DNA of 64,000 bases from Verrucomicrobiia bacterium (lineage in GTDB: Bacteria > Verrucomicrobiota > Verrucomicrobiia > Limisphaerales > UBA1319), in NCBI GenBank assembly GCA_963664225.1, contig OY760937.1, forward strand, positions 1,120,001 to 1,184,000, read 5' to 3'. The notes below the pieces were generated by a model that made no database searches, was not told the DNA's origin, and was given only the letters and a program-made list of their open reading frames with translations. The number at the start of each line of letters is the position of its first letter. Position 1 is the stretch's first letter. Shown one piece after another: positions 38,422 to 48,558 of the stretch. Position numbers and translations under genes: made by a program.

Positions 38422-40824
38422 TTACTGCATCCCGCCAACGGCGATTGCGTAATTACGACCTTCCCAGCCTTGATTGCCTTTCCAGAAAAAGGTGAATTCG
38501 ATTCCCGCACCGTTGGACAGCGTTGCCGTTGGTAAATCGGCGAACCACAAATGAAGAATTTCTTCCCGGGTTGACTCCATGGTGTGGGTGCTGGCCCAGC
38601 CGTCATCCGACCAAATGATGGCGGCGTCAGAAGCGAGGATGATGCGTAAAATCTTTCCGGCAGGCATTCGGCGAAGAGGGTGGCGGAAGCTCCAGAATTC
38701 GTGCCGGCTTTTCACCGGATACGCCACGTAGCGTTGGAAGGCGGGTTCGACTCGATCAAAGCAGACTCCGTCATGACGACTGCGGACAAGCGAGACATAT
38801 TCCGCATGTGACCAGCAGAGTGGCATCGCCGCGCCGGTGGGATGACCACTTTTAAAACTTCGATCTGGAAGGTTGTCCGCATCCCAGATCTGTTCGGTGA
38901 GCATGCAGCCTGCATTGGCAAACTTCTCCATCGTCGTGATGTAGGGCAAGGGATCGCGTCCGGCTGCAAGTTCGTAATGACCGCGTTCACCCGTCAAGAT
39001 CGGCCAGCAGCGTCCCACGCCGGAGCCGTCAAAAGCACTGCCATCGGCTTTCTGGCCGTAACCGTCGTGGTTGTAGCGGCGCCAGCCGGACCCTTGCGGC
39101 AGGTCGTATTTCAAAACGCGATCCAGAACTTCAATCGAATCCCGCACTATGGGATTATCAGCCGCGCGAATACCCAAACGCACCATGTGAAGAAAATCGC
39201 CGCCGACAATGTTCCTGGCCGGATGGATTCCTCCGCCGTTTGCGACCGCAAGCATTGTGGTATTGGGATCGGCATGAGGATCGGGCGTCTTGGGATCGGT
39301 GGGGTTGATCCGGATGTAGTGGCGTGGAAAACCTTCCACCAACTCCCCGCGAGTTGTGACTGTCCATTCTTCAAGATGCGAGGCGAGCCAATCGGCATAC
39401 GTCAAAATGAGTTCCGCCGTGTTCGTCTTCCCGGATTGCCCGGCGAATTCCGCAGCGCAGACCATGCTGGCGATGACTGTTGCGAGCGTGGGAGGTGAGT
39501 AACCGGCATTTTCCTCCCAGCGTTCCTGGGCTGTTACCGGACCTTCCAGAATGAGATACGCCGCTGCGCGGAAAATCATCACACACGGATTGAAGAGACC
39601 AAAACTGATGCATTCATTGCGCAAACGCCATGCCAACAGTATGGGCGCGGCAATTTCATCAAGCTGCAAACCGGGCCAATACGCCTTGCCATTGATCCAG
39701 CTATTTTGTGGAAAACTGCCGTCGGCCCCCTGGATGGCCGCGAGCCAGATCAAAGCGCGTAGAGGAGTGCCGGTCTGACCCGAAGCAAGCAGCGCCGTCG
39801 CGCTTTGTACCAGGTCACGAGTCCAGACCAGATGATACCCGCCGAGGTCATTGTCATTCTTGGTTTCGCCCCAGGGGATGCTCATGGAGGCGACCAACGC
39901 TCCTTCGAATGTTTTGTCTTCGTGAGCGAGCAAGATGCAGCGGCTCAACCGATACAAATGCCCTCCATCTGTGGTGTGATCGCTGAACTCACATTGCGGA
40001 TTGATCACGGTGCGTTGCCACTGGCGGACAAACGCTTCTCGATGCGCATCAAACGGCTCGGCCAGGGATTGGAGCAGCTTTGTTGCGGTGCTCTGGCAAC
40101 TGCGTCCGAACGCGATGCCAATGGTAAATTCATCGCCATCCTCGAGATTGATTTCGCCGGTCAGCGCTATGTTACCGTCATCTGCCGAGCGAAATTCCCA
40201 ATTCATCCTAAAATTGCTCATCAAATCCCGCCAGCCGTCGCTGAAACCGACATAGCCGACGGAGCGGCGCGAAAAGCCGATGCTGGAACCCATGACCAGG
40301 TAAATTTCTCCGCGTTCAGCGTGGAGTAGTGTGTTACCACCGATTTCGGAACACCATCCGGAATTGCCAGCGCCATAACGCGCGAGGTGCGGGGCCAGCA
40401 GCGCGTAGAGGCGCAACTTGCCGCGCAACGATTCATCAAGCACTTCAACTTTCGTGTGAACGAGCAGTACGGACCGGTGTGGATCCGTCAGAACGTGTTT
40501 TATAATCCGGTAGCGTCCCTTTCGTTCGGAATTGGTGAGACGATAGAACAGACAATCGCGCTCCGGATATTCAAGCCGATGCAGCAGGTCGCGCTTTTCC
40601 TCGTGGCAGAAGGTTTCTCCATCACTGATGAGATATTGGAAATCGCGCGTATTGGGCTGATCGACATGCGGGTAATAAATCTCATTTACGATGCCGTGAC
40701 TGAGAGTAAACCAGAGACGACAGCTCGTGTGATACGCGGTGCCAAGACCCTCCTTGGCACTGGATGTCCAACGGGGCTCAATGCCCGGTGCGCCGAAAGC
40801 TGCTGGATGATCAGGGAGGTTCAT
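38422..40824 (-). CDS. Glucan 1,4-alpha-glucosidase / glucoamylase (GH15 with glucodextranase-type N-terminal domain)
   Basis: GAPGIEPRWTSSAKEG, GGYHLVWTRD, QERWEE, GRCWPILTGERGHYEL and PLCWSHAEY. Confidence 0.93.
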   Translation of the reverse strand: MNLPDHPAAFGAPGIEPRWTSSAKEGLGTAYHTSCRLWFTLSHGIVNEIYYPHVDQPNTRDFQYLISDGETFCHEEKRDLLHRLEYPERDCLFYRLTNSERKGRYRIIKHVLTDPHRSVLLVHTKVEVLDESLRGKLRLYALLAPHLARYGAGNSGWCSEIGGNTLLHAERGEIYLVMGSSIGFSRRSVGYVGFSDGWRDLMSNFRMNWEFRSADDGNIALTGEINLEDGDEFTIGIAFGRSCQSTATKLLQSLAEPFDAHREAFVRQWQRTVINPQCEFSDHTTDGGHLYRLSRCILLAHEDKTFEGALVASMSIPWGETKNDNDLGGYHLVWTRDLVQSATALLASGQTGTPLRALIWLAAIQGADGSFPQNSWINGKAYWPGLQLDEIAAPILLAWRLRNECISFGLFNPCVMIFRAAAYLILEGPVTAQERWEENAGYSPPTLATVIASMVCAAEFAGQSGKTNTAELILTYADWLASHLEEWTVTTRGELVEGFPRHYIRINPTDPKTPDPHADPNTTMLAVANGGGIHPARNIVGGDFLHMVRLGIRAADNPIVRDSIEVLDRVLKYDLPQGSGWRRYNHDGYGQKADGSAFDGSGVGRCWPILTGERGHYELAAGRDPLPYITTMEKFANAGCMLTEQIWDADNLPDRSFKSGHPTGAAMPLCWSHAEYVSLVRSRHDGVCFDRVEPAFQRYVAYPVKSRHEFWSFRHPLRRMPAGKILRIILASDAAIIWSDDGWASTHTMESTREEILHLWFADLPTATLSNGAGIEFTFFWKGNQGWEGRNYAIAVGGMQ

Positions 40825-40857
40825 GCTCCAATATTACTTGTTGCCAACATCAGAAGT

Positions 40858-41547
40858 TCAAATTGCCATAAAGTCACACATGTTGTATTTGAGCAATTCT
40901 CCAATGTGATCGATGCTGGCGTCTGCCGCAGGGCTGCCTGCCAGAATCTTTGGATCTGAGGCGTAATGTCCCTGCCGGACGAAAATCGTCGTTACCCTGC
41001 CTTTCCAAATGTGTTTGACCGCGGCCAGGATCCGCAGTTTGTCGTCCACGAGCACGTAATGATCGGCAGGGCAGTGCGCTTCCACGTCTGCCAGTTCGTG
41101 CTCTTTGTGCACATAAATCAGCGCGCGGCCATCGACCGCTTCATAAAGACCCGAGCGGTCGATTTTGCGAGGTTGAAAAACGACGTCGCCGTCCGTAAGA
41201 AGGACCGGGGGGCCCCACTTTGCGACGCGCTCGATGACGTCGAGTGAATTCGGGAAGAGCCGGTTGGCGAAAGGGTAGTTGATGAGAAATCGCGAGACTG
41301 TCAGCAATCGCAAATCGTGAGGATGTTCGCTTCGGTAACGCTGCAACGCGCCCAGATAGTCTGCGTAACCAAGCTTGGCGCGCAACTGCTCGAAAGTGTC
41401 CCAATAATGCTTCGCGTATTCTGGACCCACCTCGCCTATGAGATGCTTCCTGAGATCGGCAGTGACGCGGTCGTTGTCGAGCAATGTGTTATCCACGTCG
41501 AAAAGAAAAACAATTTTGCTCTTCCTTGGTTTTTTTGAATTTTTCAT
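40858..41547 (-). CDS. HAD-superfamily hydrolase
   Basis: FDVDNTLLD and VLVDDK. Confidence 0.9.
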   Translation of the reverse strand: MKNSKKPRKSKIVFLFDVDNTLLDNDRVTADLRKHLIGEVGPEYAKHYWDTFEQLRAKLGYADYLGALQRYRSEHPHDLRLLTVSRFLINYPFANRLFPNSLDVIERVAKWGPPVLLTDGDVVFQPRKIDRSGLYEAVDGRALIYVHKEHELADVEAHCPADHYVLVDDKLRILAAVKHIWKGRVTTIFVRQGHYASDPKILAGSPAADASIDHIGELLKYNMCDFMAI

Positions 41548-41954
41548 TCTAATTTGATTTGTTGCCTCTGCCTGATGAGAAAAAATCCGTTTATGCGGCC
41601 AATTCCTTTCGCCTGGATATGGTTCACGTGATGTCTCATGGCGGCGGGATCAGCCCCCGAACTCATTTCAATAGGACAGTTGCATATTGAGACACTGACA
41701 CATTCGGCACGCAATGGACTGAACACTTTCGAAAGCATCCCTCCACCTTATTATTTTAATCTTTGGAAGCCGTGGCGCCCGGTTTCCTTCGTAAAGGTAG
41801 CATTAGTTTGATCCCGTGCTTAGGAAATGTGAGTGGCAATTGGCTTCAGAACGTTTGCCTTGTTGTTCTTATGGCAGTTTTGTTTTCTAAATTCGAAGCC
41901 GGGCTTTTGCCCATTGTCGTTGCCTTATGGGGGAAAATACGTAGGGTTCCAGGG

Positions 41955-42248
41955 ATGGAATCGCTCACAAACGCGCAAACACGTTCGCTCAAGGCCCAGG
42001 CCCAACGGCTCAAGGCCACACTTGAGGTTGGCAAGGAAGGCCTCAGCACAAAGTTTCTCGCGGCTTTGGACGACGCGTTGAAGCATCATGAGCTGATCAA
42101 GGTGAAATTTGGTCATTTCAAGGAAGAAAAGAAGGAGCTTGCGCCTCAACTCGCAGAAAAGAGCGGCAGCCACCTGGTAACCCGGGTCGGTAACGTTGTT
42201 GTGCTTTACCGGCCCAAACCGGTGAAGTCGGACGAATCGGAACAGTGA
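41955..42248 (+). CDS. yhbY: YhbY/CRM-domain RNA-binding protein
   Basis: LKAQAQRLK..VGKEG..HELIKVK..VGNVVVLYR. Start moved to ATG 41955. Confidence 0.9.
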   Translation: MESLTNAQTRSLKAQAQRLKATLEVGKEGLSTKFLAALDDALKHHELIKVKFGHFKEEKKELAPQLAEKSGSHLVTRVGNVVVLYRPKPVKSDESEQ

Positions 42249-42348
42249 TTTCCGGCTGCAAATAAGCCGTCCTTTCTCCGAAAGTCCGTTGTTTTCAGCT
42301 CCTGAAGGCTCGGAAGGCACTGAAAATTCCAAAAATTCATTTTTAAAT

Positions 42349-42376
42349 GAACCTTTTTCCGTTTCCGGCATTCAAG
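42349..42376 (+). promoter_or_regulatory. Candidate ECF-type promoter of the sigma-factor operon
   Basis: GAACCT-N16-TTCAAG ending 8 nt before ATG 42385. Confidence 0.45.
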
Positions 42377-42384
42377 TAATTGGA

Positions 42385-42939
42385 ATGTTTGAGATTGCGG
42401 AACCAAATTTGCTGCCAGTGGCGCAAGCCAAAGCCGGGGACGACGGGGCTTGGGACATGCTGCTCCGGCATTTTCGGATGCCGCTCTACATCTATATTTT
42501 CCAGTGGGTCCGCAACGAACAGACGAGCTTCGACCTGGTGCAGGAGACGATGCTCAGCGCCATTCGTCACATTGATGGGATCCAGGACGAAGGCAAGTTT
42601 GGTCCCTGGCTCTTCGGAATAGCGCATCAGAAATGCATTCAGTACTGGCGCAAACAAAATCGTGAGGATGACGCCCTGCAAGAATTCGCCGAAGCGCCAT
42701 CGGATTATGAGGAGGACCCGCGCCAAACCCTCATCCGTCGCGAAAAAGAGGCGCAATTCCTGAGGCTGCTTGAGGATTTACCGTTGTCGCAACGATCGGT
42801 CCTGGTGCTTTACTACATTGAAGAGTTTTCCCTGGAAGAAATCGCCTCGATCACGGGCACCGCACTCGGAACGATTAAGTCACGCCTTTATTACGCCAGA
42901 AAAGCGTTCAGAGATTTGTGGGAAAAGGAGAGTAAATGA
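42385..42939 (+). CDS. ECF-subfamily RNA polymerase sigma factor
   Basis: DLVQET, FGPWLFGIA and FSLEEIASITGTALGTIKSRLYYAR. Confidence 0.92.
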   Translation: MFEIAEPNLLPVAQAKAGDDGAWDMLLRHFRMPLYIYIFQWVRNEQTSFDLVQETMLSAIRHIDGIQDEGKFGPWLFGIAHQKCIQYWRKQNREDDALQEFAEAPSDYEEDPRQTLIRREKEAQFLRLLEDLPLSQRSVLVLYYIEEFSLEEIASITGTALGTIKSRLYYARKAFRDLWEKESK

Positions 42940-43376
42940 AAACACCACGGCAGATTTTATATGAGCACCATGCTCCCGCTGACGCCGAGTTAGAACGGAT
43001 CCAGCAACAGGCGCTGGCCTTGGGGTTGCGAAAGAAAAATGAGGCCTTCATTGTTTCCAGTAAACGGAGCGTGTTTAGGCTGCTTTTCAATCCTGCCGTA
43101 TGGGCAGCGGTCTTTCATCCGGCGCGCCAAATCTGGACGGGATTCGCCATTGCATGGGTGGTGATCGTGGTGGTGAATCTCTCGATTGAGACTCTGACCG
43201 TCAGTGGTGTGAAAACGAATCCGGCCCCTGCGAGCGCCATCTTGGCAAACTACAAAGAGCATCAGCGGATTTTGGCTGAGCTGACTGGGCCAACGATTAG
43301 ACCAATAGCTGAGCGCTCCAGGTCATCAGTTCCGAAACCACAGAGCAGACGGAAAACGATTATATCGATTGCTTAA
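42936..43376 (+). CDS. Single-pass membrane protein, putative anti-sigma factor
   Basis: Start overlaps the sigma gene stop; one TM (WTGFAIAWVVIVVVNL). Confidence 0.65.
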   Translation: MKTPRQILYEHHAPADAELERIQQQALALGLRKKNEAFIVSSKRSVFRLLFNPAVWAAVFHPARQIWTGFAIAWVVIVVVNLSIETLTVSGVKTNPAPASAILANYKEHQRILAELTGPTIRPIAERSRSSVPKPQSRRKTIISIA

Positions 43377-43380
43377 TAAA

Positions 43381-45054
43381 ATGAAAACCGATTCATCAGA
43401 AGCCACACAACCGTCGATCGCCCGCCTTTCCCGAAGATTACGCCGTGTTTTAATCGCACTGGTTGGGCTAATCACTTTGGTCGCGGTGTTTTACACAGTG
43501 GAAGACTGGAGAGGTAAACGGGCTTGGGAAAGCTACAAACATGAGATGGAAGCGAAGGGGCGGCTCGTTGATTGGAAGGCGTTCATTCCTCCTCCAGTAG
43601 CGGATGAGAGCAACATATTCAAGGCGCCCAAAATGGCCGAGTGGTTTGTCGGGAAAGGCACTTCCGCGCTGAACACCAATCTCGACGTTGCGCAGCACAC
43701 CCCGACGAGTATTGTGGTTGTCGCGGAAATCACCGTTGTTTCGAATATTGTCAGTGGTGCAAATGGCGTCTCCATTTACCGGTTGGAAGATGGAGCAGGT
43801 TTGTCGATTGCGGTGAAACAGGTTCATACGGCGTGTGGACCGAGCGCCAGGAGTTGCACCATCGGGGCGTTTTTTGCGTCTCCCCTTGACCAAATCAAAC
43901 CAACGCGAATGGTCCTCCAGGCGGATCGCGCGGTGGGAGTCGCCGACCTGGAGAAGATATTTGGGCCAAAATCTGGCGACACCACCTGCCGCATTGAAGC
44001 GATCGGAACCGGTTCATTCAGGATGGTCGTTCAAAATGCAATGAATGCGGCTGATTTTCTGGTGGCGACTGAGTCTATTAATGCTGATTTTGATACGATC
44101 CGAGCAGGGCTTAAACGTCCGTTCGTCCGGATGGACGACGATTATCAGCAGCTTTTCGAAATACCCATTCCGCGGTTCATTACGATTCGTTCAACAGTGC
44201 AAATGCTCGCCAAGCGCGCCCAGTGTCACATGCTGGAGGGAGAGTCTGAAAAAGCACTACAGGAAGTGACGCTGATCAACGATATGCGCCGCCTGCTCGA
44301 TGCACGTCCCATGACACTTGTGTCCGCAATGATCAATGTTGCTGTTGCTGGACTTTATGCGGATACCGTCGCCGATGGGTTCAGACTTCATGTCTGGGGC
44401 GAGCCGGAGTTGGTGATCATTCAAAAGCAGCTTGCCAATATCAGCCTCATCCCTCCCGTGGCGGAATCCGTTGAAAGCGAGCGAGTGGGTGTAAGCCACC
44501 TTCTTGAAACTCTCAAGCCGCAGAAATTAAGCGAAGTGTTTGGAGGCCTTCAGTCGAAGGTCCTGATTCTGATGCCTCGAGGCTGGTTGTATCAGAACAT
44601 GGCATTCGGGGGCCGTTGGATGGAAAAGTTTAATGAGACCTTTGATTCAGCCCGCCAATATATTTCGCCTCAAAAAGTCGAGGCACTAAAGCGGGATATT
44701 GGGGCAGAAATGGAGCATAGGTCGCCCTACAAATTTCTGGCTGGAGTAGGAATTCCAAATCTCTCGAAAGCCACGCAAACCTGCGGGAAAAATCAAACGA
44801 TGGCCAACCTGGCATTTCTTGCCTGTGCGTTGGAACGATACTGTCTGGCCAACAGTCGATATCCAGAAACACTGGATAAGCTTGTTCCACAGTTTGCCCA
44901 GAAGATCCCGCTGGACGTCGTCAAGGGCCAGCCTTTGCATTATCGTTGCACCGATGGCAAGCGGTTTTCACTCTACTCTGTTGGCTGGAATGAAGCCGAT
45001 GACGGTGGCAATGCCGAGCTGGACTGGATTTGGCAGTATCCGTCCAGTTTGTGA
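43381..45054 (+). CDS. Membrane-anchored hypothetical protein with GspG/pseudopilin-like C-terminus
   Basis: N-terminal TM after RRLRR; C-terminal ALERY....YPETLDKLVP...PLD...G.PLHY...FSLYSVG...DDGG. Confidence 0.7.
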   Translation: MKTDSSEATQPSIARLSRRLRRVLIALVGLITLVAVFYTVEDWRGKRAWESYKHEMEAKGRLVDWKAFIPPPVADESNIFKAPKMAEWFVGKGTSALNTNLDVAQHTPTSIVVVAEITVVSNIVSGANGVSIYRLEDGAGLSIAVKQVHTACGPSARSCTIGAFFASPLDQIKPTRMVLQADRAVGVADLEKIFGPKSGDTTCRIEAIGTGSFRMVVQNAMNAADFLVATESINADFDTIRAGLKRPFVRMDDDYQQLFEIPIPRFITIRSTVQMLAKRAQCHMLEGESEKALQEVTLINDMRRLLDARPMTLVSAMINVAVAGLYADTVADGFRLHVWGEPELVIIQKQLANISLIPPVAESVESERVGVSHLLETLKPQKLSEVFGGLQSKVLILMPRGWLYQNMAFGGRWMEKFNETFDSARQYISPQKVEALKRDIGAEMEHRSPYKFLAGVGIPNLSKATQTCGKNQTMANLAFLACALERYCLANSRYPETLDKLVPQFAQKIPLDVVKGQPLHYRCTDGKRFSLYSVGWNEADDGGNAELDWIWQYPSSL

Positions 45055-45169
45055 TTTCAAAACATCGTTAGCGCGTGGATAATGCATGGGAGTTGCGGCA
45101 CCGGAAAATGGAACCTTGAAAAAGTCCATCAGGGTCATCATCCTGCCTCTCCATAACATATCCATTACG

Positions 45170-46453
45170 ATGTCCTCATTGATCAAGACTCTCGCATCAT
45201 TGTGCGCACTGGCCACTTTGCCTGCGTTGGCAGATAATTTCGGCATCGCGGCATTTTCTGCCAATGGCACCTTGAGTGTTACGAACGCCTTCACCAACGG
45301 GGTGGTGACCATTGAGAAAGCGTCGGTTGTGGAGGGGCCATGGGTGGCTGAAAAGAATGCCTTTTCTTTTGCGACGCAGGCCCAGCTCAAACTGGGTTTT
45401 TCAAACGGCACCGCTTTCTTCAGGGCACTCGCCGTCGATTTGTCCGGGTCCAACGGATTCACAAATCTGTTTCAATCATACGGCTTGCTCACCACGGTTG
45501 CTGGTTCTGGTGAAGTCGATTGTATTACCTGCAATAACTGGTGGTCCGGCTATGAAGGAGCGCTGGCCACCGGGGCGGCGCTATCCTCGCCGCACATCGC
45601 CATGGCTGACCGTGCTGGCAATCTATATATTGCGGACAAACGGGCTCACGCGATCCGCAAAGTCACTCCGGGCGGACGCATTTATACCGTTGCCGGGACC
45701 AGTGCTGCCGGTTACGGAGATACGAATGCCGCCCTGGCGACTTCGGCGCCGCTCAATAATCCCAACGGCCTCTATGTGTTCGGAAATGGCATGTTTTACA
45801 TTCTGGATCGAGACAATGGATTGATCCGCAAGGTCGGGACGAATGGAATAATGATGACCATTGTGAATCATGGATCGGCGATTCAAGGTGGGCGGGGCCT
45901 TTGGGTGAATCCTGATGAATCGCTGCTTTATTACTGTGCTGGATCCACCCTCATGCGTTGGGATTCCACCAATGGCCTGACGGCATTTCTCTCCGGATTC
46001 ACGGATTTGGGCAACATCGACATGGATCCCACAGGACGACTTGTTGTCACCGATGCCGGGCAGAGCCGGGTGTTTCGGATTGAACCGGACGGTAGTAAAA
46101 CCGTGATCGCGGGTAATGGAACCAGCAGCGGAGGCGGTGATGGACAATTGGCCATGGAAACTGGGCTCTACCAGGTCCGGGGGATTTGGTATGTACCCTC
46201 GGACGGTTATTTCCTGGCCACAGACGCCGCTTGTCAGGTCTGGTATGTCGATACTTCCGGCACTATTCACCTGGTTATGAGAGGGACCTCAGGAGCCCAC
46301 GCTGGCGATGGCGCGTGGTTTTATGATAATCCAACCTCGCCGAAAATGAGCAATGGAAAGCAGGTCACCATGGATTATGATGGCAACCTGATCATTACCG
46401 AGAGTGAGTATGGTTACGTGAGAAAGATTCAATTCCTCAGGCACGGGCCGTAG
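45170..46453 (+). CDS. Secreted NHL-repeat beta-propeller protein
   Basis: Signal peptide MSSLIKTLASLCALATLPALA; repeats GNLYIAD...IRKV, LNNPNGL and TVIAGNG...GDG..A. Confidence 0.85.
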   Translation: MSSLIKTLASLCALATLPALADNFGIAAFSANGTLSVTNAFTNGVVTIEKASVVEGPWVAEKNAFSFATQAQLKLGFSNGTAFFRALAVDLSGSNGFTNLFQSYGLLTTVAGSGEVDCITCNNWWSGYEGALATGAALSSPHIAMADRAGNLYIADKRAHAIRKVTPGGRIYTVAGTSAAGYGDTNAALATSAPLNNPNGLYVFGNGMFYILDRDNGLIRKVGTNGIMMTIVNHGSAIQGGRGLWVNPDESLLYYCAGSTLMRWDSTNGLTAFLSGFTDLGNIDMDPTGRLVVTDAGQSRVFRIEPDGSKTVIAGNGTSSGGGDGQLAMETGLYQVRGIWYVPSDGYFLATDAACQVWYVDTSGTIHLVMRGTSGAHAGDGAWFYDNPTSPKMSNGKQVTMDYDGNLIITESEYGYVRKIQFLRHGP

Positions 46454-46465
46454 GACAGGAACCGC

Positions 46466-46783
46466 TCAGGAAATGGATAGCAATTCCACCTCGAAGATCA
46501 GCGTGGCGTTCGGAGGAATGGCTCCCGGATAACCCTGTTCGCCATAAGCGAGGTGGGGAGGGATGGTGAACCGTGTCTTATCTCCAACCTGCATGGTGGC
46601 AACACCCTGATCCCAACCTGCAATCACCTGGCCGGTTCCCAGGACGAACGCAAACGGATCGTCACGATCCACCGAGCTATCGAATTTGGTGCCGTCCGTC
46701 AACCATCCAGTGTAGTGAACCGTAACCGTGTCGCCGCGCTTGGGAGAAGCGCCGGTTCCAGAAGTTAATTTTTCAATTTTCAT
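46466..46783 (-). CDS. FKBP-type peptidyl-prolyl isomerase
   Basis: [23 protein letters not shown] and [14 protein letters not shown]. Confidence 0.96.
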   Translation of the reverse strand: MKIEKLTSGTGASPKRGDTVTVHYTGWLTDGTKFDSSVDRDDPFAFVLGTGQVIAGWDQGVATMQVGDKTRFTIPPHLAYGEQGYPGAIPPNATLIFEVELLSIS

Positions 46784-46854
46784 ATAAATCGTTTTTCTGC
46801 AAATCGTGCCGACTGGAGGTTGGCGGCTTTCTGACAAAACCAAATATCATTCGT

Positions 46855-47334
46855 TTATTCCACCGAGACAATATGGTATTTCACGGTCGAGCCGCCAAGT
46901 TTCGCGGCCCATCGCTCCCCGGCTTTCCTGCCTGTCAGATTCTGGCCCAGGGGGGATTGGGGCGTGATGATGGTGATTTCCTTGCAGCGATATATGATCT
47001 CCAGCCCCCCGTTTTTCGGTCCAATGAAATACGTGGATCGCGTGCCATCGCAATCGAGTTCCACAAGCGCCGTCAGATCAATCGGCTGGCCAGGAGCAAA
47101 GTCCCTTGCCACGAGCGATTGGTAAAGCTTGATTGAGTCCAGGATTTCCTTGGCCTGCCGGGCCTGGCCTCCTGCGAGATAGGCCGCCTCCAGGCCTCGT
47201 GTATCGTATTTATTGTCGGCCTTGCTGCTCTCGTGCGTGGCCTCCTCATGAGAAGCGCGCGCGGCGGATTCCATGACGTTCAGGCTTTCGGTTAAACTCG
47301 CGGCAATCTGCTTTAATATTTGCGTTTTATTCAT
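46855..47334 (-). CDS. GreA/GreB-like family protein
   Basis: Coiled coil with KADNKYDTRGLEA and C-terminal ITPQSPLGQNL.G...G. Confidence 0.8.
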   Translation of the reverse strand: MNKTQILKQIAASLTESLNVMESAARASHEEATHESSKADNKYDTRGLEAAYLAGGQARQAKEILDSIKLYQSLVARDFAPGQPIDLTALVELDCDGTRSTYFIGPKNGGLEIIYRCKEITIITPQSPLGQNLTGRKAGERWAAKLGGSTVKYHIVSVE

Positions 47335-47485
47335 TCTTAACGGAAGCCGGAATCTAATCTGAATCGCATTCCTTGCGCAAGCCCGCTCCGGTGATCCTGG
47401 TCATTCTCGGCGAATCGTTCAAAGACAGACTTCGGTTTTCGATTCCAAGGCGGTCCCAGAGGGTCTCGAATGGGATTCTGCGCAA

Positions 47486-48511
47486 TTACAGTGGCACGAT
47501 CTGACCGGTTTTGATCGATAATTCCTCGGCTTCGCATATCTCCACGGCACTGAGGCCGTCCTGCGCTGTGACCATCTTGGGAGGTTTTCCGGCCAGAACG
47601 CATTCGGCGAAATAGTTCAATTCTCCCACATAACCATCGCCGCCAGTGGAGGGAATGGTGCGGGCAGGCTGGCCTTTTTCAAATACCCTTAATGCTTCGG
47701 CGCCCCGTGCAAAATCATAGTCCACGGTTGCTCGTTCGAAGATGAAGGTATAGGCCATGTTAAAACCATGACCTCCGTTCATCGCCCAGCCGCCTTCGGC
47801 GGTCACGCTCACCCCGCTGGGATACTGGTAGATCGTGCTGACATGGTCGATGGCTCCGCTCAATGCCGAGAATCCAGTGGAACAGACTGAGCGCGGCCGT
47901 CCAAAGCAGTATTGCACGAAATCCGTATCGTGGATGTGGAGGTCGAGCAACGCACCACCCGATCTCGCGCCGTCCATAAATTCCTTGGACCAGCCGGGAG
48001 GTTCCGAGACGCGACGAAGTCTTGCGGCAAGTACTTTCCCGTAGGAGCCGGCTTCCATCGCTTTCTTCACCCATAGCCATTCCGGCCAGAAGCGAATGCA
48101 GTGGGCGGGCATGAAATAGCCCTTCGCCAATTTGGCGGCCTCGACTATCTCTCGCGCCTGGGTCGAGGTTCGGGCGAGGGGCTTTTCGCAAATCACATGT
48201 TTCCCTGCCTTCAAGGCCATTACCGCGAGTTTGGTGTGTGCCAGCGTCGGCACGCAAAGATCGACGACATCGATGGCTGGATCGGCCAGGACTTCTTCAA
48301 GATCCTTGGTGGCTTTCGTCTGGGCCATGTCCAACTTCAACGGATCGCTGGTTCCTAGATTTCCGGAAATGTTGGAGAAATCACCATCCACGGGCAATCG
48401 GATTGCATCGCAAATGGCCGCAATGCGGGCGCCGGGAACTTTTTGCCACGCCTTGAGGTGGGAAATCCCCATAAAGCCGAGGCCAACCACGGCGACATTA
48501 ATGGTTTTCAT
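47486..48511 (-). CDS. Gfo/Idh/MocA family oxidoreductase
   Basis: VGLGFMG, HVICEKP and GGALLDLHIHD. Confidence 0.92.
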   Translation of the reverse strand: MKTINVAVVGLGFMGISHLKAWQKVPGARIAAICDAIRLPVDGDFSNISGNLGTSDPLKLDMAQTKATKDLEEVLADPAIDVVDLCVPTLAHTKLAVMALKAGKHVICEKPLARTSTQAREIVEAAKLAKGYFMPAHCIRFWPEWLWVKKAMEAGSYGKVLAARLRRVSEPPGWSKEFMDGARSGGALLDLHIHDTDFVQYCFGRPRSVCSTGFSALSGAIDHVSTIYQYPSGVSVTAEGGWAMNGGHGFNMAYTFIFERATVDYDFARGAEALRVFEKGQPARTIPSTGGDGYVGELNYFAECVLAGKPPKMVTAQDGLSAVEICEAEELSIKTGQIVPL

Positions 48512-48558
48512 GGTTCTATGCGCAATATTTGTTTTGGCAATGGTTGATGGATCGGGGA

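Noticed and set aside
41763..41954. Hydrophobic N-terminal extension on YhbY
   Set aside because: YhbY is about 100 aa and the domain starts at ATG 41955; the extension covers the likely promoter.
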